From positions 1,747,982-1,811,981 of the forward strand of contig NC_090421.1 of assembly GCF_036365525.1 (NCBI RefSeq): DNA of 64,000 bases, in the 5' to 3' direction. A model generated the notes under the pieces. That model made no database searches and was not told the DNA's origin. It worked only from the letters and a program-made list of their open reading frames with translations. Origin of the DNA: Heterodontus francisci (lineage: Eukaryota). Of the stretch, positions 38,928 to 52,530 are shown in pieces. The translations under genes and the position numbers were made by a program. Position 1 is the first letter of the stretch, and each line of letters opens with the position of its first letter.

Positions 38928-41753
38928 TACGAAGTCAATAAAAAGGAATGAAAGCGGACGGACCACCCGGCATCGACCTAGGCACCGGAAACGACAACGG
39001 CAAACCCAGCCCTGTCGACCCTGCAAAGTCCTCCTTACTAACATCTGGGCGCTTGTGCCAAAGTTGGGAGAGCTGTCCCACAGACTAGTCAAGCAACAGC
39101 CTGACATAGTCATACTCACGAATCATACCTTACAGATAATGTCCCAGACACTGCAATCACTATCCCTAGGTATGTCCTGTCCCACCGGCAGGACAGACCC
39201 AGCAGAGGTGGCGGGACAGTGGTCTACAGTAGGGAGGGAGTTGCCCTGCGAGTCCTCAACATCGATTCCGGACCCCATGAAGTCTCATGGCATCAGGTCA
39301 AACATGGGCAAGGTAACCTCCTACTGATTACCACTTACTGCCCTCCCTCAGCTGATGACTCAGTACTCCTCAATGTTGAACACCACTTGGAGGAAGCACT
39401 GAGGGTGGCAAGGGCACAAAATGTACTCTGGGAGGGGGACTTCAATGTCCATCACCAAGAGTGGCTCAGTAGCACCACTACTGACCGAGCTGGCCGAGGA
39501 CATCGCTGCTAGACTGGGTCTGGGGCAGGTGGTGGGGGAACCAACACGAGGGAAAAACATACTTGACCTCGTCCTCACCAATCTGCCTGCTGCAGATGCT
39601 TCTGTCCATGACAGTATTGGTAGGAGTGACCACCGCACAGTCCTTGTGGAGACGAGGTCCCGCCTTCACATTGAGGATACCGTCCATCGTGTTGTGTGGC
39701 ACTATCACCATGCTAAATGGGATAGATTTTGAACAGATCCAGCAATGCAAAACTGGGCATCCATGAGGCGCTATGGGCCATCAGAAGCGGAATTATACTC
39801 AACCACAATCTGTAACCTCATGGCCCGGCATACCCCCACTCTACCATTACCATCAAGCCAGAAGACCAACCCTGGTTCAATGAAGAGTGCAGGAGGGCAT
39901 GCCAGGAGCACACCTCAAAATGAGGTGTCAACCTGGTGAAGCTACATCACAGGACTATCTGTGTGCCAAACTGCATAAGTAGCATGCGATAGAGCTAAGC
40001 GATCCCATAACCAACAGATCAGATCTAAGCTCTGCAGTCCGTGACTGGTGGTGGACAATTAAACAACTAACTGGAGGAGGTGGCTCCACCAATATCCCCA
40101 TCCTCAATGATGGGGGAGCCCAGCACATCAGTGCGAAAGATAAGGCAGAAGCATTTGCAACAATCTTCAGCCAGAAGTGCCGAGTTGATGATCCATCTCT
40201 GCCTCCTCCTGAAGTCCCCAGCATCACAGATGCCAGACTTCAGCCAATTCGATTCACTCTGCGTGATATCAAGAAACTACTGAAGGCACTGGGACCGCAA
40301 AAGCTATGGGCCCTGACAAAATTCCAGCAATAGTACTGAAGACCTGTGCTCCAGAACTTGCAGCGCCCCTAGCCAAGCTGTTCCAGTACAGCTACAACAC
40401 TGGCATCTACCCAGCAATGTGGAAAATTGCCCAGGTATGTCCTGTACACAAAAAGCAGGACAAGTCCAACCCGGCCAATTACCGCCCCATCAGCCTACTC
40501 TCAATCATCAGCAAAGTGATGGAAGGTGTCATCAACAGTGCCATCAAGCGGCACTTGCTTAGCAATAACCTGCTCAGTGACGCTCAGTTTGGGTTCCGCC
40601 AGGGCCACTCAGCTCCTGACCTCATTACAGACTTGGTTCAAACATGGACAAAAGGGCTGAACTCCAGAGGTGAGGTGAGAGTGACTGCCCTTGACATCAA
40701 GGCAGCATTTGACCGAGTATGGCATCAAGGAGCCCTAGCAAAACTGAGGTCATCACTGCAGGAGTTCCTCAGGGTAGTGTCCTAGGCCCAACCATCTTCA
40801 GCTGCTTCATCAATGACCTTCCTTCAATCATAAGGTCAGAAGTGGGGATGTTCACTGATGATTGCACAATGTTCAGCACCATTCGTGACTCCTCAGATAC
40901 TGAAGCAGTCAGTGTAGAAATGCAGCAAGACAATGACAATATCCAGACTTGGGCTAGTAAGTGGCAAGTAACATTCGCGCCACACAAGTGCCAGGCAATG
41001 ACCATCTCCAACAAGAGAGAATCTAACCATCTCCCCTTGACATTCAACAGCATTACCATCGCTGAATCCCCCCACTATCAACATCCTAGGGGCTACCATT
41101 GACCAGAAACTGAACTGGAGTAGCCATATAAATACCGTGGCTACAAGAGCAGGTCAGAGGCTAGGAATCCTGAGGCAAATAACTCACCTCCTGACTCCCC
41201 AAAGCCTGTCCACCATCTACAAGGCACAAGTCAGGAGTGTGATGGAATACTCTCCACTTGCCTGGATGGGTGCAGCTCCAACAACATTCAAGAAGCTCGA
41301 CACCATCCAGGACAATGCAGCCCGCTTGATTGGCACCCCATCTACAAACATTCACTCCCTCCACCGACGCACAGTAGCAGCAGTGTGTACCATCTACAAG
41401 ATGCACTGCAGCAATGCACCAAGGCTCCTTAGACAGCACCTTCCAAACCCGCGACCTCTACCACCTAGAAGGAACAAGGGCAGCAAATACATGGGAACAC
41501 CACCACCTGCAAGTTCCCCTCCAAGTCACACATCATCCTGACTTGGAACTATATCACCGTTCCTTCACTGTCGCTGGGTCAAAATCCTGGAATTCCTTTC
41601 CTAACAGCACTGTGGGCATACCTACCCCAAATGGACTGCAGCGGTTCAAGAAGGCAGCTCACCACCACCACCTTCTCAAGGGCAATTAGGGATGGCCAAT
41701 AAATGTTGGCCTGGCCAGCTTCGCCCACATCCCATGAATGAATAAAAAAAAAA
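38928..41753 (+). mobile_element. Second copy of the same APE-RT LINE, lacking the head
   Basis: PDIVILT, GDFN, QFGFR, DIKAAFD, GVPQGS, FTDD motifs; tail ...CCCACATCCCATGAATGAATAAAA; inverted relative to 31925-35192. Confidence 0.9.
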
Positions 41754-42033
41754 TGCTATGAGGGGCTATGGAATGTAACACTGAGTTAACGATTGAAGTA
41801 GAGACCATGTAAATATTTAAGAATTGCTTAGATAGCTGGTTGAAGGAAAGGGAATTAAAGGGATAGGGGAACATTGCTTGCACGCAATTCGGATTATGGC
41901 TCTTTGGAGGCTAAACACTGGCAAAGACTGGTTGGACCAATTGGCCCATTTCCATTTTGTAATTTCTATCTAATTGCTCCCAACACAATGAACTTTGCAC
42001 TGTGATGTCTGTATTAACAAATAGTACAATGAT

Positions 42034-42766
42034 GTTGTATGCTATGTTCAGACTGGCCAAGAGAGTGTGGGAAAATGGCGCACTGACACGGAACACAAAA
42101 GTCCGAGTGTATCAGGCCTGTGTCCTCAGTACCTTGCTCTACGGCAGCGAGGCCTGGACAACGTATGCCAGCCAAGAGCGACGTCTCAATTCATTCCATC
42201 TTCGCTGCCTTCGGAGAATACTTGGCATCAGGTGGCAGGACTATATCTCCAACACAGAAGTCCTTGAAGCGGCCAACATCCCCAGCTTATACACACTACT
42301 GAGTCAGCGGCGCTTGAGATGGCTTGGCCATGTGAGCCGCATGGAAGATGGCAGGATCCCCAAAGACACATTGTACAGTGAGCTCGCCACTGGTATCAGA
42401 CCCACCGGCCGTCCATGTCTCCGTTATAAAGACGTCTGCAAACGCGACATGAAATCGTGTGACATTGATCACAAGTCGTGGGAGTCAGTTGCCAGCATTC
42501 GCCAGAGCTGGCGGGCAGCCATAAAGACAGGGCTAAATTGTGGCGAGTCGAAGAGACTTAGTAGTTGGCAGGAAAAAAGACAGAGGCGCAAGGGGAGAGC
42601 CAACTGTGCAACAGCCCCAACAAACAAATTTCTCTGCAGCACCTGTGGAAGAGCCTGTCACTCCAGAATTGGCCTTTATAGCCACTCCAGGCGCTGCTTC
42701 ACAAACCACTGACCACCTCCAGGCGCGTATCCATTGTCTCTCGAGATAAGGAGGCCCAAAAGAAGA
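42034..42766 (+). mobile_element. Young 5'-truncated RTE-clade LINE
   Basis: Uninterrupted ORF (STLLYGSEAW, RRLRWLGHV, C-terminal CxxC...H); (AAG)n tail; ACAATGAT target-site duplication at 42026-42033 and 42767-42774. Confidence 0.9.
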
Positions 42767-42920
42767 ACAATGATAACAGTTCAACTCTACCTGAAAAAAT
42801 AATTTTTCCTCCCTCAAATAAAACACATACTGCATAGAGATTTTTTTTTTTAAAAAAGGGTTGACAGCAAGCTTGCATTCTGAATGCCATTTCCAAGCCT
42901 TTCTTTTGTGCAATATTTAC

Positions 42921-42994
42921 CGTGCAGCACGAGCAGCTTTCTTACTCTCCGCTGTCCCTGGTACATTGAACCGCTCTGCTCTTTTCTTCAGTCT
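42921..42994 (-). CDS. SARNP: SARNP exon 6
   Basis: 74 nt; RLKKRAERFNVPGTAESKKAARAAR. Confidence 0.95.
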
Positions 42995-44039
42995 CTGTAG
43001 AGAAATAAAGAAAAAGATTCAGTAACAAAATTCATTAAAACATGCTGAATCACTTCAAGATGGGTAATCACATGAAATTTCATAATAGCAGTACATCCTG
43101 GGTTTTCAATTCACATTTTCAACCTGCAAGCCACCACATCAGCTGTTGGTAAACATGGTAGCACCTTGCAAAACTAAAAAAGTGAGCTCCTCAGAAGAAA
43201 AATTATACTTTTTTTTTGCCATCATCTGCTATCAGCTACATTTTAAATGTAAACACACCAAGACTGAGCACAAAGCCATATCCTGTCACTCCATGGCACA
43301 GAATATTACAACACCAACTTAACCAAAGACTGTTCACAAATGGTTCAGGACTGATGACAATCAGCATTTATAATGCAAAATGCTCTACTTCCCATGTCAA
43401 TGAACAGCAGTGAATTACAATTGGCCATTGCATGGTCACATATTACAGGACATTGTATGCGCCAATTTCAAAACCTTACAGTATTGAAAGGACTCTTGAT
43501 GGGATCACAAGAGTCAAGTTACAGCTTACTTAGATCCAGCATTGTTCAAAGGTAAAAGTTCTGTTCAAGAACATCTCCATCTTTTGATTAGCGATGAAGG
43601 TAAATGTAATAAACAATGTTTCATATGCTTGGTATTTATGACCAGTAAAAGGAAAATTATATCATTTCTGTAATTATGGCATTTTTCAAACTGATGACTG
43701 GTCCCACAACAGAACATTAATTTTCCTTAAAACCCAGTGATGTAGTCAAGTGCTTTCTTTCATTTTATCTAATCAAGCTTCTTCTTTGATTCTCATTTAA
43801 TATTTTGAGTTCAGCCAGAAACATGGGACTACCTAGCCTGTGGAATTCTCCATGGCTGGTGTCAATGCCACTCTACATTTGAGGCAGGGGCACTCTTCCC
43901 ATTACCAATATTACCTCTCTACTCAAATGTTTCTAAAAGAACAGAATGCCAAGTTACCATTTGCATAATTTACTTTTTTCAGCATTTGTTACATCTCAAA
44001 AATATTTCTCTAATCCTGCAATTTCATTGTATCTCAGGA

Positions 44040-44985
44040 ATACAAAATTGGTTAAGAGACAAAGCAGAGGGTAATGGTGAATGGCTGTTTTTCAGACTGG
44101 CGGGAAGTACAGTGGTGCTCTTCAGGGGTTAGTATTAGAACCACTGCTCTATTAACAACCTGGACTTGAGTACACAGGGCATAGTTTCAAAGTATACAGA
44201 TGATACAATATACAGAAATGTAGTAATCAATGAGAAGGATACAAAGACATAAAAATGGGCAGACACATGGCAGATGAAATTTAATGCAAAGAACTGTGAA
44301 GGGATGCATTTTTGTAGGAAGAATGCAAGGTAATAATGAATAAGTTGTACAATTTTAAAGGGGGTGCAGGAACAGCCATCTCTGGGCATATGTACACAAA
44401 TCCGTTAAGGTGGCAAGACAAGTTGAGAAGGCTGTTATTAAAGCCAAGGATCCCATATTGCTTTTATTTTTAAAAAAAGGCTGAGTACAAAGCAAGTTAA
44501 TTATGCTAAACCTGCATAGAACAATGGTTAGGTCTCAGCTGGAGTAGTGTGTTCAATTCTGAGCACTACACCTCAGGAAGGATATCAAGGCCTTGAAGAG
44601 GGAGTAGCAAAGATTTACTAGAATGGTGTCAGGGATGAGGCAATACAGTTATTTTGGAGAAGCTGGAGTTCTTCTCCTTAAAGCAGAAGGTTAAGAGGGA
44701 ATTTGATGGAGGTGTTCAAAATCATGAATGGGACAGCGTTAAGGTGGTTACACAGATTTAAAGGTGATTGGCAAAAGAACCAGAGGTGACATGAGGGAGC
44801 TGTGATTTGGAATGCACTGCCTGAAAGAGTGGTGGAAGCAGATTCAACAGTCACATACAAGAGAATGGGTAAAAACTTGAAGGGTTAAATACAGGGCGAT
44901 GGGATTAATTGAATAGTTCTACCAAAGAGCCGGCACAGGCATGCTGGGCTGGACGGCCTCCTACTTTGCTGCATCATTCTATGAT
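44040..44985 (+). mobile_element. Decayed CR1 fragment
   Basis: Degenerate RT C-terminus and 3' UTR. Confidence 0.7.
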
Positions 44986-45151
44986 TCTCCATTCATTTGG
45001 AGAATGCACACAGCTTCTTAAAGAAGCAACATGCACAGATACACTCTCCTTCAATTAAACATTTGGATGAGAAGCAAAATAGTAATTTTATCCAGTTGTT
45101 TTCATTGTGAATGAGCAAACACTGAAGAGCAAAGTCAAAATCAGTGCGGAG

Positions 45152-47236
45152 CTCATCAGAGTTATACAGCACAGAAACAGGCCCTTCGGCCCACCATGTC
45201 CGCGCTGGCCATCAAGCCCATTTATTGTAATCCCATTTTCCAGCACTTGGCCCATAGCCTTGTATGCTATGGCGTTTCAAGTGCTCATCTGGAAACTTGT
45301 TAAATGTTGTGAGGGTTCCTGCCTCTACCACCCCTTCAGGCAGTGTGTTCCAGATTTCAATCACCCTCTAGGTGAAAATTCTTTTCCTCAAATCCCCTCT
45401 AAACCTCCTGCCCCTTAACTTAAATCTATGCCCCCTGGTTACCATCATCTCCGCTAAGAGAAAAAGTCTCTTCCCATCTATCCCATCAATGCCCCTCAAT
45501 TTCGTATACCTCAATCAGGTCCCCCCTCAGCCTTCTCTGCTCGAAGGAAAACAACCCTAGCCTATCCAGTCTCTCTTCATAGCTGAAATGCTCCAGCCCA
45601 GGCAACATCCTGGTAAATCTTCTCTGCACCCTCTCCAGTGCAATCACATCCTTCCTATAGTGTGGTGACCAGAACTGTACACAGTACTCCAGCTGTGGCC
45701 TAACTAGCGTTTTTATACAGCTCCATCATAACCTAAAATAAAAGCAAAATACTGCGGATGCTGGAAATCTGAAATAAAAACAAGAAATGCTGGAACCACT
45801 CAGCAGGTCTGGCAGCATCTGTGGAAAGAGAAGCAGAGTTAACATTTCGGGTCAGTGACCCTTCTTCGGGTCTATGCCTCGGCTAATAAAGGCAAGTATC
45901 CCATATGCCTTCCTAACCACCTTATCTACCTGTGCTGCTGCCTTCAGTGATCTATGGACAAGTACACCAAGGTCCCTCTGTACTTCCTCGGGTCCTACCA
46001 TCCATTGTATATTCCCTTGCCTTGTTACTCCTCCCAAAATGCAACACCTCACACTTCTCAGGATTAAATTCAATTTGCCACTGCTCTGCCCATCTTACCA
46101 GCCCATCTAGATCATCCTGTAATCCAAGGCTTTCCTCCTCACTATTTACGACATCACCAATTTTCATGTCATCTGTGAACTTACTGATCATACCTCCTAT
46201 ATTCACGTCTAAATCATTAATGTACATTACAAACAGCAAGGGTCCCCGCACCGATCCCTGTGGTGCACCACTGGTCACAGGCTTCCAATTGCAAAAACAA
46301 CCCTCGACCATCACCCTCTGCCTCCTGCCACTAAGCCAATTTTGGATCAAGTTTGCCAAATTGCCCTGAATCCCATGGGCTCTTGCCTTCTTAACCAATC
46401 TCCCATGCGGGACCTGATCAAAAACCTTACTGAAGTCCATGTAGACTACATCAACTGCTTTAAACATCTAATCACCTCCTCTGAAAATTCAATCAAATTT
46501 GTTAGACAAGATCTCCCCCTGACAAAGCCATGCTGACTATCCCTGATTAATCCCTGCCTCTCCAAGTGGAGATTAATCCTGTCCCTCAGAATTTTTTCCA
46601 ATAGTTTCCCTACCACTGATGTTAGACTCACTGGCCTGTAATTACCTGGTTTATCCCTACTACCCTTCTTGAATAATGGTACCTCTCCTGTGGCCAGAGA
46701 GGATGTGAAAATTTGCATCAGAGCCCCTGCAATCTCCTCCCTTGCCTCACATAGCAGCCTGGGATACAACTCATCTGGGCCTGGGGATTTATCCACTTTT
46801 AAGCCCACTAAAACTGCTAATACCTCCTCCCTTTCAATGCTAATATGTTGAAGTATATCACAATCCCCCTTCCTGATCTCTACACTTACATCGTCCTTCT
46901 CCATAGTGAACACAGATGAAAAGTAATCATTCAAAACCTCACCTATGTCCTCTGGCTCCACACACAGATTGCCACTTTGGTCCTTAATGGGCCCTACTCT
47001 TACCCTGGTTATCCTCTTGCCTTACGATTTTCCTTTGTCTTGCCCGCCAGTATTATTTCATGCCCCCTCTTCGCTCTCCTAATTACTTTTTTTTTTTTTA
47101 AGTACCCCCCTACACTTTCTATACTCCTCTAGGGCCTCCGCTGTTTTCAGCCCTCTGAATCTGCCTTAGCCTCCTTTTTTTCCCCCCTTATCCAATCCTC
47201 TATATCCCTTGACATCCAGGGTTCCCTGGGCTTATT
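45152..47236 (-). mobile_element. CR1 LINE (ORF2 RT region)
   Basis: KSPGPD, NYRPVSLTS, QHGF, DFSKVFD, KFTDD; its 3' tail matches the V-SINE tail. Confidence 0.9.
45735..45870 (-). mobile_element. Penelope-derived short repeat nested in a CR1
   Basis: CCGAAGA-A-GGGTCACTGACCC-GAAATGTTAACTCT...; interrupts CR1 ORF2 sequence. Confidence 0.75.
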
Positions 47237-48351
47237 GGTCCCCAATATGCATCAATACACCAGCCACATTGAGATTTTAGACTATTTTTCGCCAAGAGTT
47301 ACATTTAATTGTTTGAAAAAATTAAACAAAGTGCACTCACACAAATTTAAAAAGGATAACATGACAACAGGTAGTGAAAATGCTAATGGGCTAAGTCTTG
47401 AAGTTGCTCCCCAAAATACACAACACATTAACACACTTCACTAATTGATCAACACCTCACACCAATTGTATCGGAAAGTCCCTAGTTCTGGGTGCTCCGC
47501 AGAAAAACAGACGCTCACTAAAAGCTGAGAGCAAGCTTTTGTTCAGTTCAGAAGGCAGTTAGATGTTGCTTTGCTTAAGTCAAGCAAGACAAACCACTTA
47601 CATGGGAAAGGGCAGTGTGCTTATTATTTTGCATTACTAGAAGTGAGTTGTACTGACTTGCTGAATTCAATCATAATTGTTGTTCTGAGTTGACTTGCTG
47701 TGAAATAAAGCAGTTTAAACCATTCATAGCTGGCCTTGTCTCATCAAGTATTAACTCAGTCGGTCTTCAAAAAGATTGCAGAGCACACACACAGGTGAAA
47801 AACAAATACCCTGTTCAGATCACAAGAGAGTCCTACTTGTGACAGCCTTGGTTACACAATCTTATAGTTAGGTACTGGACAGCATAGGCACAACCTTAAA
47901 CCCAAGATCTGGCCAATTACAGGAGTGACCAGCATTACTGCACCCAAGAGCATATCCAAGGTTAACACCAAAACTTGCACCACCATCTCAGCACTCTATA
48001 CTTCCATTTTTCAATGAGTAGGAAGTCCAAGATAGGGTCTCAGAAGAGGTACCAGTGGAAACCTGGTACAGTCCCAACCAGTAAAAATGGCCATGTTTAA
48101 AACGGACAGTCTCCTCAACCAAAATGTGATACCCATTAACTATTTGGATTATCAATTTTAAAGCTCCCAGTTATAGCGTCAATGCTCCATTTGTTTCGAC
48201 CAGAAACAGCTGCACTTGCTGTGATATTATATGAATGCAGTACATATGACAAACTGATGCATTTAAATATTTATATTGGCTTTTAAACAATTCATTAGGA
48301 GAACTAAGAAAAAACTGAAGATATCAGTGTATTACTTCAGAAATTCTTGTT

Positions 48352-49088
48352 GCGCTCCGACGAGGTGCCGCCGCCGGCACCCAGCGTTTAGCGCTCCGAC
48401 GAGGTGCCGCCGCCGGCACCCAGCGTTTAGCGCTCCGACGAGGTGCCGCCGCCGGCACCCAGCGTTTAGCGCTCCGACGAGGTGCCGCCGCCGGCACCCA
48501 GCGTTTAGCGCTCCGACGAGGTGCCGCCGCCGGCACCCAGCGTTTAGCGCTCCAACGATCTGCCACCGGCACCCAGCGTTTAGCGCTCCAACGATCTGCC
48601 GCCGGCACCCAGCGTTTAGCGCTCCGACGAGGTGCCGCCGCCGGCACCCAGCATTTAGCGCTCCGACGAGGTGCCGCCGCCGGCACCCAGCGTTTAGCGC
48701 TCCAACGATCTGCCACCGGCACCCAGCGTTTAGCGCTCCGACGATCTGCCGCCGGCACCCAGCGTTTAGCGTTCCGACGATCTGCCGCCGGCACCCAGCG
48801 TTTAGCGCTCCGACGATCTGCCGCCGGCACCCAGCGTTTAGCGCTCCGACGATCTGCCGCCGGCACCCAGCGTTTAGCGCTCCGACGATCTGCCGCCGGC
48901 ACCCAGCGTTTAGCGCTCCGACGATCTGCCGCCGGCACCCAGTGCTTAGCACTCCGACAATCTGCCGCCGGCACCCAGTGCTTAGCGCTCAGACGAGGTG
49001 CCGCCGCCGGCACCCAGCGTTTAGCACTCCGACAATCTGCCGCCAGCACCCAGCGTTTAGCGCTCCGACGATCTGCCGCCAGTGCCTA
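48352..49088. repeat. GC-rich minisatellite, 39/36-bp units, ~20 copies
   Basis: Unit GCGCTCCGACGAGGTGCCGCCGCCGGCACCCAGCGTTTA (39 bp) and a 36-bp variant. Confidence 0.97.
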
Positions 49089-49768
49089 TAACATTCTATT
49101 CAAACTTCAATGAGGAATTAAGTGAATAAGTGAAGAATTCAATAAGATGGATTCTGCATTATACCGCATAATTGAATTGTGCTGGCAGACCATGGGTACA
49201 CTACAGGTGAGCGAAGGAGAGAACCAGAGTCATGCTCAACGGCAGCCACATACCAGCAGTGAGCTCCGAGGCACTGGACCATAAACATGACCCACAGACT
49301 GCGCTTTAGACCAGCGGTCACATATAACGGGCAAATCACCAACTCAAACATGTCTGCTATAAGTTGCAGAGACCTTCAGCATCAACTATCACTCTCAGCT
49401 ATCAGAGGTGCACAGCCTACTGAACAGAAAAGGGAGACCAAGAAGAAAAAAGTACATTATAGTGCAAGAGAGATACTAGGAATAGTTATGCTACATTAGA
49501 GGATACATTTAATAGCATTTACTGAATGCAGAATACAAAACCAGTGGGAAGTTCTAGACATCAAGCAAGTGAAGGCCTAAAAGATCAAACCATTGAAACA
49601 GATGATGTTGAAATGGCCTATCAGTTAAGATTCATATTAGTTGCAGTCGGGTGTCTATGGAAAACGGGCACATAACCTGCTTACAAGTAGTTAAATTAGT
49701 CTATAAAAAAGGACAATTTAGTAAAATGCTGAATCAGGGCTATTTTGCAGAAGTCCATCGATACCCAC

Positions 49769-49820
49769 CTCACTCTCCGTCATTGGTGCCATTATTTTAA
49801 CCAACTTCTTTGCTGTAGTT
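49769..49820 (-). CDS. SARNP: SARNP exon 5
   Basis: 52 nt, AG/GT; TTAKKLVKIMAPMTESE (human AAEKKVVKITSEIPQTE). Confidence 0.9.
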
Positions 49821-50693
49821 CTGAAAAAGAAACACTTAGAATTTATGGTGGAAGGAGCTGATCATCTAATGGTCAGCTTAAATAGTGACAGTCAAAAAAA
49901 CTGTTAATTGAGTTAGGAGCCACAAAAATATAGTTGCATCATGCCCAGAAACATTATTTTCAAGCTAAGACAGTAGGTCTAGGAATAGAGTACTGACTCT
50001 CATTAAAACCCAGTTTTGAAATCCACACTGGACTATCATTTGAACCCAGCTTCAGCAGTCTGCTTGAGATAATAGTGGAGCAACAGATCACGTGGTAAGG
50101 AACTGTTTTTGTTAGAGAGCAGGAAAACGAGCAATTTCACTAGCTGCCTTTAAATCAACCATTAGAGAGCAATATTGAGGACAATGTGCACAGCTCAGTT
50201 CACCACTTCCTCTTGATTAGGATGGTAGCACTATCAGAACAAAATTCAGATTGATTGCGGGGGAGGCGGGGCAGCTGAAGAACAGAAAGTAATTGAACAG
50301 TGATAGACTAAGCTCATCACTAGTTTTAAACAAAATACTCAATGATTAACCCAAGTCTAAAAGATTATTCTTGACTTGCATTGGCAGCTCGAGTCATCCA
50401 TGATACCATAGGCCTTCCCATTGCATCTGATGTACCATAAGTGCAGACACAACATTTTACATGGTTATCCAGCTGCTTGCACAAAGGGATGTTCACGGGC
50501 GATGAATAGTGCAAAGCCATGAAGTAACGCAACCCTGGTTAAAGCATAAAGTAGAATTTTTCCCATTATGTGGCAGAAACATTAAAATCAGTACTTGCAT
50601 GCGTAGACCATTAGCCAGTACTGTAACAGTTCTCTTGGATAGCTGGCAAGATACAGTACAAAGCCATTTAAACTGGAATTGGTTAATATTTAC

Positions 50694-50773
50694 TCTTCTG
50701 GTTCTTTGACAGCAACAGTTTGACCTTCAACTTCTGGCTCAACCTTCTGCTGCTGCTGCTGCTGCTCCTCCTC
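50694..50773 (-). CDS. SARNP: SARNP exon 4 (acidic linker with polyQ)
   Basis: 80 nt, AG/GT; EEEQQQQQQKVEPEVEGQTVAVKEPE; phase 0 to 2 fits neighbouring exons. Confidence 0.82.
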
Positions 50774-51106
50774 CTGTGTATAAAATGAAAAATATGAATG
50801 CTTTCAAGAATGCAGCATCTATACTTTTGACAGAATCTAAAATACCTTACCATCAGGTATTTGCTGAAACTCAGGTTTGTGTTCAATTTTCTTTAGAAAC
50901 CAGGTTCCTTATGCTGCATTCAAATTAAAGCCTAGTTTGAGGCACAGAGACATTATGTTCCATCACTGAACCAGAGCTCCCCGTACTTAGCAACACTCTC
51001 GTTTCCACATCCCCACCTTTGACACAGGTAATAAATACATAGTTATTTCAGGAGATAATCTCCTCTGTTTTAAAGAAACCAGGCAGCAGCAACTGCATGG
51101 ATCTGT

Positions 51107-51438
51107 GTTTTAGTTTTAGAGATACAGCACTGAAACAGGCCCTTCGGCCCACCGAGTCTGTGCCGACCATCAACCACCCATATATACTAATCCCATATTC
51201 CTACCACATCCCCACCTGTCCCTATATTTCCCTACCACCTACCTATACTAGGGGCAATTTATAATGGCCAATTTACCTACCAACCTGCAAGTCTTTTGGC
51301 TTGTGGGAGGAAACCGGAGCACCCGGAGGAAACCCACACAGGCACAGAGAGAACTTGCAAACTCCACACAGGCAGTACCCAGAATTGAACCCGGGTCGCT
51401 GGAGCTGTGAGGCTGCGGTGCTAACCACTGCGCCGCCC
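51107..51438 (-). mobile_element. HE1-like V-SINE
   Basis: Same family; (CTAAAA)n tail. Confidence 0.85.
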
Positions 51439-52149
51439 TAAATTGTAACCACCCTCACCCAAAATTATTGAGGACTACACTGTGAAGCCCAAAACTGCAC
51501 AGTACTCCAAATGCAGTCTTACTATGGTTTAAAATCGATTTACCGTATACTGACATATTATATACCTTTTGCCATAAAACCCAGTGTTACATTAGGTTTT
51601 TTATGGCCTTATCTAATTGAAATGCTGCAATTTGCTTTTCTCACCCAAATAAATTCTATAACCTACAACTTCTGAAACATTAACTGAACATATCCTGCAT
51701 TACAAGTCAAAAAAGTTTAAAATGTTGAATTATCCCAAGTACATAGCACATTATTTCTAAATCTTGGGACACTTGTGTTGCATAACTGACATAACTAGAG
51801 CAGGCAATTCTACCCAGTGGGTGGAGCCCAATTAACTCATTCTCAAAAAGGAATGCTCGCAGAACAAAAGAGAAACCCTTTCAGCCATAAAAGTTTCCAG
51901 TACTCAAGTGAAACTTTTCAAACGTTGAGTGTTTGGCATTAATTCAGCTAATCATCATGCTTTGACCACAGCATACTAATGGTCAGCACAAATGGAGGAG
52001 AAGAAAACAATGTGACCAATGAAACTGTACATTATTCAGATAGGTAATTTCAAGGGAGAACATAACCTCGGGATTCAGGTGAGGATTTGGATACTGCCAC
52101 ACAATCTTTCCTAGGAATCCTTTATCCCCAGATTCTGACCTAGATATTA

Positions 52150-52530
52150 CACAAGAACATAAATGGGAGGAGTAGGCCATATGGCCCCTCGAGCCTCCTC
52201 CGCCATTCAATACAATCATGGTCGATCTACTTGAATTCCACTTTCCCACCCTATCCCCATATCTCAATGTTCAAAAATCTATTGATCTCAGTCTTTGAAT
52301 ATACTCGATGACAGAGCATCCACAGCCATCGTGGGTACAGAATTCCAAAGATTCACAACCCTTTGAGTGAAGAAATTTCTCCCCATCTCAATCCTAAATG
52401 GGGCCGACCCCTTACCCTGAGATTGTGACCAGCTTGTTCTTGAATCTCTAGGGAGGGGGGGGAAAAAAAAAAAGAGGCTCTAAGCATCTACCCTGTCAAA
52501 TCCTCTCAGGATTTTATACATTTCAATAAT
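52150..52530 (-). mobile_element. CR1 3' fragment
   Basis: GGAGTAGGCCA...GCCCCTCGAGCCT tail similar to 25565-25930. Confidence 0.65.

Noticed and set aside
42002-42712. 236-aa host gene
   Set aside because: It is the C-terminus of an RTE ORF, with tail and target-site duplication.
48276-49091. 271-aa Cys/Arg/His-rich ORF and antisense ORFs; also a superficial CRISPR-like look
   Set aside because: The ORFs come from stop-free repeat units with lengths divisible by 3, inside an intron. There are no unique spacers and the context is eukaryotic.
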